DNA of 64,000 nt from Octopus sinensis (taxonomy: Eukaryota). The notes beneath the pieces are model-generated. The model was not told the origin of the DNA, ran no database searches, and saw only the letters and a list, made by a program, of their open reading frames with translations. Location: the NCBI RefSeq assembly GCF_006345805.1, contig NC_043005.1, forward strand, positions 72,354,001 to 72,418,000. Reading direction: 5' to 3'. Shown piece after piece: positions 38,666 to 51,438 of the stretch. A program made the position numbers and the translations under genes. Within the stretch, counting starts at the first letter, position 1. Each line of letters starts with the position of its first letter.

Positions 38666-39691
38666 TTGATTTTCATTGAGGCATTCAGATGAAAACATGA
38701 AGTAATTGGAATGAGTATATCTAGGGATTAGTTAAAAGGGTAAAAAGAACAGGTAAACAATTGTAGGTCAGATTCACCTCTCTGAAAACTACATAGAAAA
38801 TAGATGACAAAATATATATTATGTTGATGAAGCTATGAATATTTAATGAGCATATCGATGTCTTATTTGCAAAAAAGCCATTGGTGTTCCATTGATTCTT
38901 AAACTATATCAGTAAAAGTACAAGAATGCTTTGCTTGTAATTAATTATTATTGTAAGTAATCTTTGAAGCCAATCTTGTATTTTATTACAAATTTCCTTT
39001 CCTTGTTCTCATTATGGATGAACAATTTATAGGGACATGCCACCACAATAGACACTAATTTAAGATGAGAAATTTGTTTTATTTTGAATCTATAGTTTTT
39101 TTTTATGGTGTCATTTGTTTTTTTTTTTTTTTGTCGATGTTGCTCAAATGTTGATTAAGCAATCATCTTAAGTTCTTCTGACATGAAGAAAATAACTATC
39201 ATTTCTCTTGTTAATGCTCTTTCAGTTCTTGTTCTTGTTGCCATTGGTTGATTCTCAATGAAGATATACATATGAATTCATAATAATATTTACAAATGGG
39301 GTCACTTATTTGATAATAAAAACTTTTTTAGAAAATTACTATTTGTAAATCTCACAACAAGAGATATTCAGCAAATAGTACATTTCAGTAAAGATTATTT
39401 GCCCACATATCATGGTAGTCTTAATTCAGGATGAATGTTGCTGTAATTTAGCCCCTGGAGTCGATGTCTCCTGCAGCTAAATTACAACAATATTCATCCT
39501 AAACCAGGACTGCCATGTTATGTTGGCAAATAATATTTACTCCCAAAAATGTTTTGTTGAAATATTTCGCATGAACAAGATATTTTCCAAGTAAACATGT
39601 ATGTTTTATGTAAAATAAAAGAAATATTGTGTTTGCTCTTTTATGTCGCAAATTTTCAAATTTTCAAATTTTATTTTCATTCTATTTTCAG

Positions 39692-39875
39692 AATGTGACG
39701 TTCGAGTTGTAAGTTCAAAGGAATCAAATGGTACTATATCCTCTCCAGGTTACCATAGCAACGTTCCAGCAAATGTGACCTGCCATTATTATATTGATGG
39801 TTTGATGGATAAACAAAACTTAGAAAAGGCTCGCATTAAATTTATGGACTTTGACATTCCTGGTTCTATGCCATA
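39692..39875 (+). CDS. sol-1: Coding exon, N-terminal half of a CUB domain; SOL-1-like (suppressor of lurcher) CUB protein
   Basis: Polypyrimidine-CAG acceptor at 39691, GTAAGT donor at 39876; 184 nt, phase 1 to 2; ECDVRVVSSKESNGTISSPGYHSNVPANVTCHYYIDGLMDKQNLEKARIKFMDFDIPGSMP. The GLxDxQNLEK insert matches SOL-1-type proteins as I recall them; symbol is tentative. Confidence 0.9.
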
Positions 39876-40399
39876 GTAAGTATAAATCTTTGTAGCTTCA
39901 GGCATTGGTGCATGAGCCTTTGACATTCATCTTGCCATTTGTACAAAATATGTTTCAATTAATCTATCTGGCTAGCTTTGAGCTCTGTTTTCAGTATCAG
40001 CAGCCAAACAAAAAGTTTGTAACCCTTAGATATTATTTAAAATAATGATTAATTGGTTAAAATTCATTTCTTATCTACAGTTTCTAATATTATAAAATAC
40101 TGTGTGCATGCATGTGTTTCATTTTCCTCCTCCTCTCCTTTTCTGTTTCCCAGTGAAACGGGAAAATAAATCAAAACCGTACCTTTTGCTAATTTTTAAC
40201 AAGTAAATTATTAAATTATTTCAGTTAACTTAAATTAAGCAATGCGAGTATAAAAATGAAGTAAAAAATATATATTTTAAAAATTTATATTTATGGAAAA
40301 AAAGTAGAAATTTAATAATCCAGATATAGAAAAATATCTCAGAAAAATAAAAAATATATATCCATTAGATACAGGGTAGCTCAAAGTCTGTTCATATCT

Positions 40400-40655
40400 G
40401 CAACTAATAACCCTTGATAAAGTTATGAACATCACACCTTCTGATTGTTCTTTCTTGTAAATTAATGGTTTTGTGCATTTAAATATGAAATTTACATTTG
40501 CTTGGAGCCAAAAACAAAAGATAGTTTCAAAGAAGATTATAGCTGTATATAATTATAGTTACTTCATTTCTTCAGCTAATAACCCTTGTGAAAGTCATGA
40601 ACAACGTACCAGCTGATTTGTCTCTTTTGTAAATTAGTGGTCTTGTGTGTTTGAA
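40400..40655. repeat. Old ~85-bp direct repeat, ~170 bp period
   Basis: CTAATAACCCTTG..AAAGT.ATGAACA...CTGATT...TTGTAAATTA.TGGT.TTGTG at ~40404 and ~40576. Confidence 0.7.
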
Positions 40656-43560
40656 TTACAAGAAGAAAAACAATCATTATCTGTATAGAGCTAAAAAAAA
40701 TTTTTTAAATGATCAACTAAGAGAAATATTTGATTTAAACTCATAAGCTGGAAACAAATAATGAAAAAATAAAAAATGTAAACTTTAAATTGAGATAAAT
40801 TTATGTTTTGGGATCATAAATCCTATAAGCATTAGCTTTTGTGTTTTGATCATTTTTACCTGTTATTTTATTTTTAAAAATTTTTTATTCAAGCTCAAAT
40901 CATAGCCAGCTGGTGTTTAAAATGCAAATCAAACAATTCGAAATCAATGGATTAAATAGCTTTACAGTCTTCTGTGAGATCATTATTGACATTTATAAGT
41001 TCTTATATCAATCTATATTCGACTGATAAAATTTGGAACTAAACATTATTCTAGTGGAATCTACCGTCTAAATCTTAGCTGCAATATCATCAATGGAAAA
41101 TCATTATAAAAGGTGAAAACAATAAGTTCGCTGTAACAATATGTTAATCTCAATCAGCAACTTTGCTGTCAGTCAAAATTGATTTCATCTGTTATCTTGT
41201 TTCCAGCTGCTTTTAAGATCGTATAAACTGAACTAGATAAGAATTATAAAACAGTTAATGGTATGAATAATGATTTCTCATAGTAAGATAAAAGTTAATC
41301 TGTGCACAAACCTTAATAATCCATATGGCTGGTGCATAATTTCAGTTTCAACAATGTTGATGCTATTGTTATTGTTTAGTTCTAAACTAGCCAAGACCAA
41401 GCAAACTTATGATCGAAGGCATTCAAGCCATAAACATCATATGTTATTTTAAGAAATAATTCCCCCAGTCCTGGACTATATAACCAATGTATCCTTTTCT
41501 AAGATGGTTAGGTATAGTTTCAGGACAGTTTAACTGCTATTTAATGCAGGTTAAAGAGTTTCTCCAATTCATTTTGTTTTAAAGATAATCTTCATTTGGA
41601 TAAGGTTATCTTCCACCACAAGTACTTTACTTTAAAGGTTCACACCCTCCTGTTTTGGCCTTTTCTCTTGGGTTTTTCTCCAAATATTTTGAGTCAGATA
41701 TGTTACATTTTGTCATGCATTATCTACAATTGGCAAATCTGGAAGTGTTATCATGTACATATTTATTCTAAGTGTAAAAGATGGGCTACAGCAAATATTC
41801 TGCTTGGTACCACATATTTGCTTGTCAGTTGTCCTAGCTACTTGCAAGGTCCTGCACTGTTTATCATGGTATGAAGTCACTACATCGCACACATATTGTT
41901 GTGATGCATGTGCATGGTGTAGCCTTATCAGCCAGGTTGTCATGATGGGTATATTCAGTTATATTTGAACCTGGGTTATATTGATGAGTATATTTGAACT
42001 TGTAATGAGATACTGAACTTGTTATTGTATGACAGCCATTTTAGTATTGTTGCATCTTCACCTTTTTATTTTGAATGTGTTTCATTTTATTTTTATTTTT
42101 TGTTCTTAACAAATTATAAAAAAATAATATTTGCTATTTGTCTGGAAGAGAACCATGTTGATTCAAGTATTTTATTATTACAATTTAATGTTCTTTAAAA
42201 TTTCCTATCGAAATGGTACTATGAGGAATAAAAACGATAATTCTTGAAGTGAAGCCTTAAGGAGAGAAAATATCAAAATTTATGAATGTGATTGTGATTA
42301 ATAAGAAAATTAATTAAAACTATAAAGAAACAAGCCAGAATCCAAGAAATATACATCACCAAGAAAGGAAAAAGAAAATTAGTTTCCTGAAAAGAAGTTA
42401 GTGTGTATGTTGCTTTGGTTAGAACTGGTATGAGCAACCATTTTTGAGAAACCAGCCACATGAAACATAGCTCATTGTCAGACAGCGCAAAAAAGAAGTT
42501 CAAGATCATACTTTGTGAAGCATACAATTTAGAAAGTTCAACAGTTTGGCAGTTTGTCCAGAACTGGTCTAAGACCGTCTTTATTCTTGTGTCTTTCCAG
42601 TATCATATCTAAATTGATATCTACTTTACATGTCTACTTATATGTCAGAAACCTAGTTTAAGCACCTACCATATGGACTACTATCAAGCCAAGGTGTGAG
42701 CCAGTATGGGATCTCTGAACATGTTTGAAAGAGCAGTCAAATCTCTCTCAAATCATAAGTATCATCATGAAAAGAAAAGGAATGATGTAATGGATAATGT
42801 CATATGAGATTAATTATGTCTGGAAAAATTGAGATGCTTATGGATGGAATGCTTATGATCATAACGCTGACATAAAGTTGATCAACAACAACAAAAACAA
42901 CTAAGGTTCAGGAAAAGATTAACTGTTGATAAATCTCATTAATGAAAGTCATTATTTATACCATCTTTGAAGAAGTGCCATGACCATGATGTCAAAACTC
43001 ACCTTGTCTCATAAATAATAAAAAAAATTATCAAGTTGTGTTGACAATTTTGTTGAAAGAAACTTAATATAAATGTATCAAAAGAAAGATTATTAACCTT
43101 TGTAAAACTATGTCTCTAACAATAAGCTGGATAAAGACACAGTCAGGTGACTTGGAATCTCATTCAAAATTTATTGCATAATGTGACTGTACTGTTATTA
43201 TAAAGGTTTCGCATCTGTAAATATATTGTTGTTAACCTTCAAGTTCTTCTAAAATTACCACTTAGAAATTAGCCTTTTCTAATAAGAATATACTGCCTGT
43301 GTGCTCTCTCTCCATCCATTTCTACCCATTTTCCCTACCCACTATTCCTAAGAGGATCATTGAGACAGAGTCCTCAGGAACCTCTTCCATTCGGTGCTAT
43401 CAGAAGCAACTGTCATTACATTTTCCATCTGGATTCCCAAGAGTGACCAACTGAAGCTATAGATATCATTCAACCATTTTATTCTTGTTCTACCTCTAAT
43501 CTTTTACCAGTTGGCTCAGCTTGAAGAATTTGTCTTGCAATTGTTTCCAGCAAAAATATG

Positions 43561-44636
43561 TGTTGTGGTGGATACCCCCAGGTGAGAAGTGGGCTGGTCC
43601 ACAACCAATAAATAGTGGACAGACTCAGTAAGTAGTGTCAGTCAGTGAGGTACACTGTTCAGGCCAGTCATGCAGACAATGAAATAGATCATTATAATGC
43701 AAGACATATCAGTGGCAATGAAGATTCAGAGCTCATGCAGTGGGAAAATGTTGAAAATGTACACAGTGAAAAATATATAAAAAACAATATTCTGAAGAAA
43801 AAAATATCTGATAAAACTGGAACTCTTACACAGAATTGAACTTCACACAGTGAGAAGTAATATACACACAGTTGAAAATATATTTTAAAAAATCTGAAGA
43901 GAAAATGCCTGATAAAATTGGAACTCTAACACAGAATTGAACTTCACACAGTGAATATATGAAAAAGATTTTGAAGGAAAAAATGCCTGATAAAATTGGA
44001 ACTCTAACACGGAATTGAACTACACAGAGTGGAAAATATATAAAAAAAAGATTCTGGAGAAAAACTGTCTGATAAAACTTGAACTCTTACACAGAACTGA
44101 ACTACACACAGGGAAAAGTAATATAAGTCTGTTCAAAGTACTTAAGTCAGGTTGCTATATGTAGTAGCACTACCAGTAAACAATGTAGACTGGCACTACC
44201 TGTGGCATTTTGAAGGAAAAAAAATATAGTTCTGTGTGGAACAAAAATAATAATATGTCCATGCGAAGGATTTAAGTCAGGTTGCTACATGTAGAAGCAC
44301 TACAAGTAAATAGTGTAGACTGGTACTACCTGTGGCATTTTGAAAAAAATAAGAATAATTCTGTGTAGATCAAGAAAAAATTTAAATAAGAAGAGAAAAG
44401 TAATTCTGGTTAGAAGAAAAAGAAATGAAAAAAAAGAAAGAAAATATAATGTGTTGAAAGAAAAAAAAACTATCTCAAAGCAGTGGGGTGTTGTAGCAGT
44501 CACCCCCAGATGAGAAGTGGGCTGGTCCACTACTAATAAATAGTGGACAGACTCAGTAAGTAGTGTCAGTCACTGAGGTGTGCTGTTTGGGCCAATCACA
44601 CAGACTACGAAATTCATTGTAATACAGGACATATCA
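43561..44636 (+). mobile_element. TRIM-like non-autonomous LTR retroelement (1076 bp)
   Basis: Direct repeats 43561-43711 and 44489-44636, both TG...CA, roughly 80% alike by eye; PBS-like TGGCAATGAAGAT at 43713; PPT-like AAAGCAGTGGGG at 44477-44488; flanks ATATG/GTATG; non-coding interior of tandem repeats. Confidence 0.72.
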
Positions 44637-45736
44637 GTATGTTTACAAATACTATTGCCCAAAATGATATTCTTCTGAAACATTGCCCAGAGATGAGTCT
44701 TTCCTGGTCAAGCCACAATTTTTCCACATTGAGATCATAGCTCCAGTGTAACATGTCTGTTGCACTGGGGAATGTCACCTTTGAATTTTATATTTGAAAA
44801 TAAACAAGAATTACAAGATACTTAGTGAAATAACTAACTTTTAACTTTTAAAAGATATATGTTTACTTACAGAGATGTCATATCTTTTATGTAACAATGA
44901 GATTTTTGTTAAAGATTTGAGTCTAATTTTAAACATTTTCAATTAGACACTTAACTGGTGGGTTGGTGCTAAAAGCATTAATCTTCTGCATATGAACAAC
45001 CAGTGCTAGTGATACTGTAGCTTATAGATATGATTTAACCTAATGTAGAGATAAATTTTAAGGATGTTGGTTTTGCTATCAATTTTTATTAATATCATCA
45101 ATGCATTTTGGAGAGGCATGATATTCACTGTTTGCTGTTTTCTTTTACCTTACATCAAAATCATGATGCTTTTGAAACAGATACAACAAACAAATTAATT
45201 GTGTAATTATATATGTAACAAATTCATTCATCATTATTTCTTTCCAGATCCTTCCATATGCTTTTGATTTATTTTTTTAAATCTTGGTGTTTTTCCTTTG
45301 ATATTCTTAATCAATTTCTGCTACGTAGTATATTTCTAAAATTTCCTGTTAATCAGTTAATGTGATGCAGAGCATTGATGGTAAATTATATTGGAAGAAG
45401 CCTGTCGTAAAGAATTATTTCTGTTCTACATTGAACCTTAAATAGCAGTTAATCTGTGCAAATGAATTCTTTTATTTCTGTAACTCTTTGCTTTGTTATG
45501 TATTTGTCTGCTTAGATCAGTGTAATTTTGAAATTGTCTTTGGGTGGCTCATATTTATAACACGCACACACACACACACACACACACATGCACAGAGCCT
45601 GCATATTCACACTCTCACACCTATTTATTCATTTAACATTAATTTCTCCATGTCAAAATGGTTCTTTAAACATGATTGAAATTTCTTGTGACCTTGGTAG
45701 CCTAATTTAAAATGGGTGAGGAGTATGTGTCTGTCT

Positions 45737-46195
45737 TGTTACCTGGGTAACGTAATTAATATTAGAGGCAGGCGTTCTGAAAGTGTGGTAACCAGAATAA
45801 GCTTGGGATGGAGAAAGTGTTGAAATAATTACCTCCACTGGCTACAAAGGCCTTCTCTATCCTAGTGAAGAGCAGCTTGTACAATGCTTGTGTGCAAAGT
45901 GCATTACTGTTTGGGTAATGAGATGTGGGCTTTGAATGCAAAGAACTGGCAAAGGCTAATAAGACATGAAGCAAGTATGCTTCAATGGATGTATCATGTT
46001 TGTGTGCATGAATGACAAAAAGATATCGAATGTAGTGTGGAAGAGAAGAAACAGTGTGAGTATGGCCATGAGATGCGAATGGACAATTGCAGCTGCATAG
46101 GCAAATGCTAAGTAATCAAATTGAATGGTACCTGTATAAGAAGGAGACCAAAGAAGACTCGGTATGAGATGGTGAAAAATAACCAAGATACATCA
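45737..46195 (+). pseudogene. Degraded RTE ORF2 C-terminal fragment
   Basis: CYLGNVINIRG..SESVVTRISLGWRK...LPPLATKAFSILVKSSLYNACVQSALL.GNEMWAL....RL.RHEASMLQWM...RRPKKTRYEMVK; RTE YLG..I / LY..CV..LLYG.ETW / RPKK.W motifs; stops and frameshifts. Confidence 0.8.
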
Positions 46196-46252
46196 GAGAG
46201 AATCCTTTGTCAACAGGTGATGATTACAACCCAACCTTTACATATGAATATG

Positions 46253-46283
<31 letters not shown>

Positions 46284-46285
<2 letters not shown>

Positions 46286-46525
46286 CATCATCATCGTTTA
46301 ACGTCCGCTTTCCATGCTAGCATGGGTTGGACGATTTTGACTGAGGGCTGGTGAACCAGATGGCTGCACCAGGATCCAATCTTGATCTGGCAGAGTTTCT
46401 AAAACTGGATGCCCTTCCTAATGCCAATGTCCTTCCTAACGCCAGGATGCACTTCCTAATGCCAGGATGCCATTCCTAACGCTAAAGATGCCCTTCCTAA
46501 TGCCAGGATGCCCTTCCTAACGCCA
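46284..46525 (-). mobile_element. RTE 3' end whose truncation point is a tandem run of a 20-bp motif
   Basis: (CAT)n tail at left; six units of GGATGCCCTTCCTAA(T/C)GCCA at 46407-46525. Confidence 0.85.
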
Positions 46526-47053
46526 TATATATATATATATTGTATATTGTATTGAAGCAGGGGTTAAGAATCTTTACTTCAATGTTGGCTCTGTACTTTT
46601 TTCATTGAGCAATACTCTAAAGAGCACCATATTGAACTATGGTTCCATTATCTGTGAATTCTTAGAAATGCCTGCAGCTAAAATTGTCATAGAAATTTAA
46701 TAACAAGGTTAAATTGCCATATACTTATATAAATACGTACACATGCATGTACACAAACACACACACACACACATATATATATTAAGAGAGTGAGTGAGAG
46801 AGAAAGGTGGGGGAGTCATTGGGAACAAATGTCTTATACCAGCAACTAAATATAACTCTTATTCTCCATCATTCAATCGCACATTGTCTTTAGTCATTGT
46901 CTTTAGTCATTGCCTTTAGTATAAGACAATACATAATTACATTATTATTCCATTATTGTAATAGTTATTAGAAAGAAGCCAAGAAATATCTATAACAGGA
47001 ATTAAATATATTAGTTGTATATTAGTTCATGTTTTTATTTACTTCTTTTACAG

Positions 47054-47241
47054 TTGTATGCTTGGTTACTTGGCGGTGAACCTCAAGGGACAAATAAGGT
47101 CCAAGAAATATCATGATAAGTTCTGTGGAGAGCTGTTACCTCCAGAGCTAACCAGCGAAAACCCACGCTTAGTACTCATTCTGAACACTCATGGGGCTGT
47201 TCGAGGTAGAGGATTTCTGGCACGCTATGAATTCATCACTG
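47054..47241 (+). CDS. sol-1: Coding exon, C-terminal half of the CUB domain (SOL-1-like)
   Basis: TTCTTTTACAG acceptor, GTATGT donor at 47242; 188 nt, phase 2 to 1; in frame with the previous exon (TA|T = Tyr): YCMLGYLAVNLKGQIRSKKYHDKFCGELLPPELTSENPRLVLILNTHGAVRGRGFLARYEFIT, with CUB C..GYL, FCG and GF.A.YEF motifs. Confidence 0.92.
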
Positions 47242-47340
47242 GTATGTATAAAACATTATCAAATTTATCTTTTGAAAATATTTACAATTTTCGTGTGGAA
47301 TTCAGTAGATGAAATCTCTGTGGAAGAATATTGAATATAT

Positions 47341-47570
47341 ATTTCTTTACTATCCACAAGGGGCTAAACACAGAGGGGACAAACAAGGACAGACAAACGG
47401 ATTAAGTCGATTATATAGACCCCAGTGCGTAACTGGTACTTAATTTATCAACCCCAAAAAGATGAGAGGCAAAGTCGACCTCGTCGGAATTTGAACCCAG
47501 AACGTAACAGCAGATGAAATATGGCTACGCATTTCGCCCGGCGTGCTAACATTTCTGCCAGCTCACCGCC
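47341..47570 (-). mobile_element. SINE family 2, full length
   Basis: Reverse complement of 13058-13293 (GAGGCAAAGTCGACCTC...CTGCCAGCTCACCGCC). Confidence 0.88.
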
Positions 47571-48484
47571 TTTGTGTTAGAATATTGAATATATCTTTGT
47601 GTCTGTGTCTATGTTCGTCATGTGAGTGTTAAATAGATCAAGGTAAACGTAAAGAAAAAGGTGTTGAGCTGCGGAATTGTTAGTATGTTCTAGTTTCAAA
47701 ACCCATCATGATTAACCATGTCTTTCATTTCTTCAGGGTGAATGAAATAAAATGTCAGTCAAGTTCTTCCCTCCCCTCGAAACTGTTGGCTTTGAATCCT
47801 GCATTGGACCATTTCAGTGGCAGTGTTGTGATCTTGGTCACTTACACACTCTGCAAACTGGTTAATTGACATTTGACCTTACAAGTCCTGCGGAATAAGG
47901 AACAAAAAAAAACACGAAGTAAAAAGAAATTCTTGCTATTAAAGTATATATAATTATTGAGTATTTTATAATAATAATAATAATAATAATAATGATAATA
48001 ATAATAATAATAATAATAATAAGGAAATTATTGTATACCACAACTTGTCAAAAGTGTGTATAAAGTATATGCAGTAATGTACAAATGTCTGGAAATTTTG
48101 CATAATTTAAACAAAAATGCCCAAAAAAGAAATAACTCAGAATGGCCTGTGGCATGTATATGAAGAACATAGACAAATATAATTATATCAAATACCATAA
48201 AACAAATTCTTGATTTATTAAGTTTATATCTACTTTTAGAGCGTGTATCATAATTTCCAAATGATATTTAAAGCTTGCTTAATGAGAAGGGGAGATAGTC
48301 TGAAATATCAAGAATTCTTCAAAGTTGATATGCCATTAAAGGAAAAGGCAAGTTTATTGTCTGGAAATAAGAGGACAATTGTGGATATGTGTTTTAGTTT
48401 TAATGGGCTGCAGCAGAATGACTATTGTCCAACCTTATCTCTAGTGGCCAAAGAACTTAGATTCCTACAAAAAAGGGAGATCAC

Positions 48485-48900
48485 TGGTGTGACTGTGTGG
48501 TAAGAAATCTGCTTCTGAACCATGTGATTCTGGGCTCAGTCCCACTGCGTGGTCCTTTGGACAAGTGTCTTCTGATATAACCTCAGGCTGACCAAAGCCT
48601 TCTGAGTGGATTCAGTAGAGAGAAACTGAAAGTAGCTTGTCGTGTGTGCATGTGCTTGTGCATGTTTGTGTGCGTGCTTTTGTGTGTGTGTGTGTGTGTG
48701 TCTTTGTGCCTATGTTTGTCTCCCACCACCGTTTGACAATTGGTGTTTGGGTGTTTACATCCCCAAATGTAATCAATAGAATAAGTATCAGAGACTTAAG
48801 ATGATAAGCTCTGGAATCAATTTAGTCATTTGGCTAAAAGAAAAAGACAATTCTTCAAGGCAGTGCCCCAGCATGGCCACAGTCTAATGACTGAAACAAT
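48485..48900 (+). mobile_element. SINE family 1, diverged full length
   Basis: Head GTGACTGTGTGGTAAG, CORE-like block, (TG)n, CCCAGCATGGCCACAGTC tail. Confidence 0.8.
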
Positions 48901-49161
48901 GAAATGGTGAAGTTAAGACATTTATGGCTCAGGTGATTTGTACAATTTAAACAAAAATGAGCTCAGAGAAATAACTCAGAATGGTCAATATAAATTGCCA
49001 TTTGGTAATTAGGACTCGTCCTCTTGGAAGAGGAAATAATTTTAATAAATAAAGAATTTACACTGTATGGTATTTGATATACCTGTATTTGTCTGATCAT
49101 TGAGACCTGTCTGTTCTGTCATTACATTCGTTTTTCTAAACATCCCATGTACTATGATAAT

Positions 49162-49428
49162 TCATCATCATCATCATCATTTAATGTCTGCTTTCCATGC
49201 TGGCATGAGTTTGGCAGCTTGACTGGAATTGGTAAGCCAGAGAGCTGTACCAAGTTCTGGCCTGAATTTGGCTTGGTTTCTGTGGTTGGATGCCCTTCCT
49301 AACGCCAACCACTCCAAGGGTGTAGTGGGTGTCTTTTACTTGTCACCGGCTTGGTAAGTGTTACATGTCAGTGGCACAAAATCTGTTACATGTCACCGAC
49401 ATAAAAGCTGTTACGTGTCACCAGCACT
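49162..49428 (-). mobile_element. RTE 3' UTR fragment
   Basis: (CAT)n-TTTAATGTCTGCTTTCCATGCTGGCATG...GGATGCCCTTCCTAACGCCAACCACTCC. Confidence 0.8.
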
Positions 49429-49894
49429 AGATAATTAATAAATACAAACCTGTGATTAAACACTATGCAATCTATTTCTTTATTCAGGTTATTAAATCAA
49501 TTTTGACACAATGTACCTGGTTGAAAATCTAGTGCCGGTGCATTAAAATGGTAACTTAGTCACCAATCAATCGATACAAATTGATGAAATAAGCACTTAA
49601 CTGAAATAAATACTGAGGTTTGACTAAAACCAATTGCAAGTCTGCAGTGCGGTGAATGAAATCTGTAAAAGATAAATAAAGAAAAACAAAAAAAAAAGAC
49701 AGATATTAAATGCTCTTAGGAGCAGGTATTGCTATGAGGCTAATAAATTTATTTCAAATCACCAGGCTGCTACTGGTTCAATTCCACTGCATAATATCTT
49801 AGAAAAATATCCTCTACTGTAGCCTTAGATTCACTAATATCTTCTGAGTGGAATTTAATTCTCAGGAACTGTACAGAAGCTCATTGTGTGTAAG

Positions 49895-49932
<38 letters not shown>

Positions 49933-50000
49933 CATGAATAAACTAACTGGAAATAAACATAAAGTTTGAATGTTCAAATTCTTCATTCTCCTCATTCTCC

Positions 50001-50047
<47 letters not shown>

Positions 50048-50083
50048 ATCTATCTATCTATCTATCTATATATATATATATCT

Positions 50084-50135
<52 letters not shown>

Positions 50136-50242
50136 CACACATTTAAATAATGAGGGAGATAAATTGAATATTAATTTAATTAATATCAATTTAAAACCAG
50201 TAGCCTAGCATATAAAAAATCTGAAAAATTAGAAAAAATTCA

Positions 50243-50407
50243 ATACATGTGTATATTTAGGGCTAAGACCACTAGGTGCATAAACATATGCTAGAAGAAG
50301 ATCACATACGATCTAACTACAAAGAAAGAATGTTCTCCAGAGAAAATTTCTTCTTCTAGCATATGATTATCCACCTAGTGGTCTTTGCCCTAAATATACA
50401 CATGTAT
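50243..50407. repeat. Foldback (inverted repeat, ~59-bp arms, ~47-bp spacer)
   Basis: ATACATGTGTATATTTAGGGC.AAGACCACTAGGTG..TAA.CATATGCTAGAAGAAGA versus TCTTCTTCTAGCATATG.TTA..CACCTAGTGGTCTT.GCCCTAAATATACACATGTAT. Confidence 0.9.
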
Positions 50408-51438
50408 ATATATATATATATTTCTTGTAGTTGAGAAGGATACTTTTTGTTGATTTAGGCTTTTTAGTGTTTAGTTTGATCTATTTAAGACATGTTACTG
50501 AACAGCTTTGAAGAATTGGAAAATTACTCTGGTATACCTGTGTTATGAATACTTTTCAAACATCGATTTTAAATAACTGAACAAAATCTTTGCATTTGAA
50601 TCAAGATCACCATGGTAACAAATCAATGCTTGGAATACTATTTCAGTCATGCCTAGAGACAACTAAATAATTATAAAAAGCAATATTCTTGTTGTGCAAA
50701 TCAAATTAAGAGAATACTTACTGATCAATAACTGATGGTAAATTACTAAACAAATTCCAGAAGTGCCAAAATTGTGATGATAAGAATCTATTCTTGTTAG
50801 AATCTCATACTAACATTGCCTAACTAGTTTTCCCCGTGAAACATTTTTGTGACTTGTCTCCAGATAAGTTTTGATGATAAATAAAGAAGATTTTCCTGTC
50901 CCCCCATAATTTAGATATTTTCAAAAAAATTTTGTGTGAAATGAGTGCAAGATTTCTATGAGTATACACCAGAACTACACACTTTATGTTAAAATGTTAG
51001 TGATGTGTTTCAGTTTTAGGTAGGCCTGCTTAAAGTACAGGCGTGGCTCTGTGGCTAAAATGTTTGCTTCCCAATCATGTGGCTTTTGGGTTCAGCCATA
51101 CTGTATAGCACCTTGGCAAAGTGTACAGACCCTAGTTTGATTAAAGCTTGGAGAGTGAATTTGGAAATTGAAAGGTCATCATATACATCATCATGATTTA
51201 ATGTCCGTTTTCCATGGTGATGTCACCAAGTATTTGCAAGACAGAAGCCCCTTGACTGCAGGATGTGAAAGTATGGTAGTGGAACAGGATCAGGTATTTT
51301 GCTGAAGGAAAGAATCTATAACGTCCCCATTTGGAGAGTGAGAAAGAAAAGAGAGAGATGTGAGGTTAAGGCACACGGTGAATATGCGAGAGAGAATAGG
51401 GATAGAAGAACAGAAAAAGGTGGCTGGCTGCATGTGTA

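Noticed and set aside
48243-48503. 86-aa ORF downstream of the second CUB exon
   Set aside because: No CUB similarity, no convincing splice sites, its end overlaps a SINE head, and exon 47241 already splices in frame to 59022.
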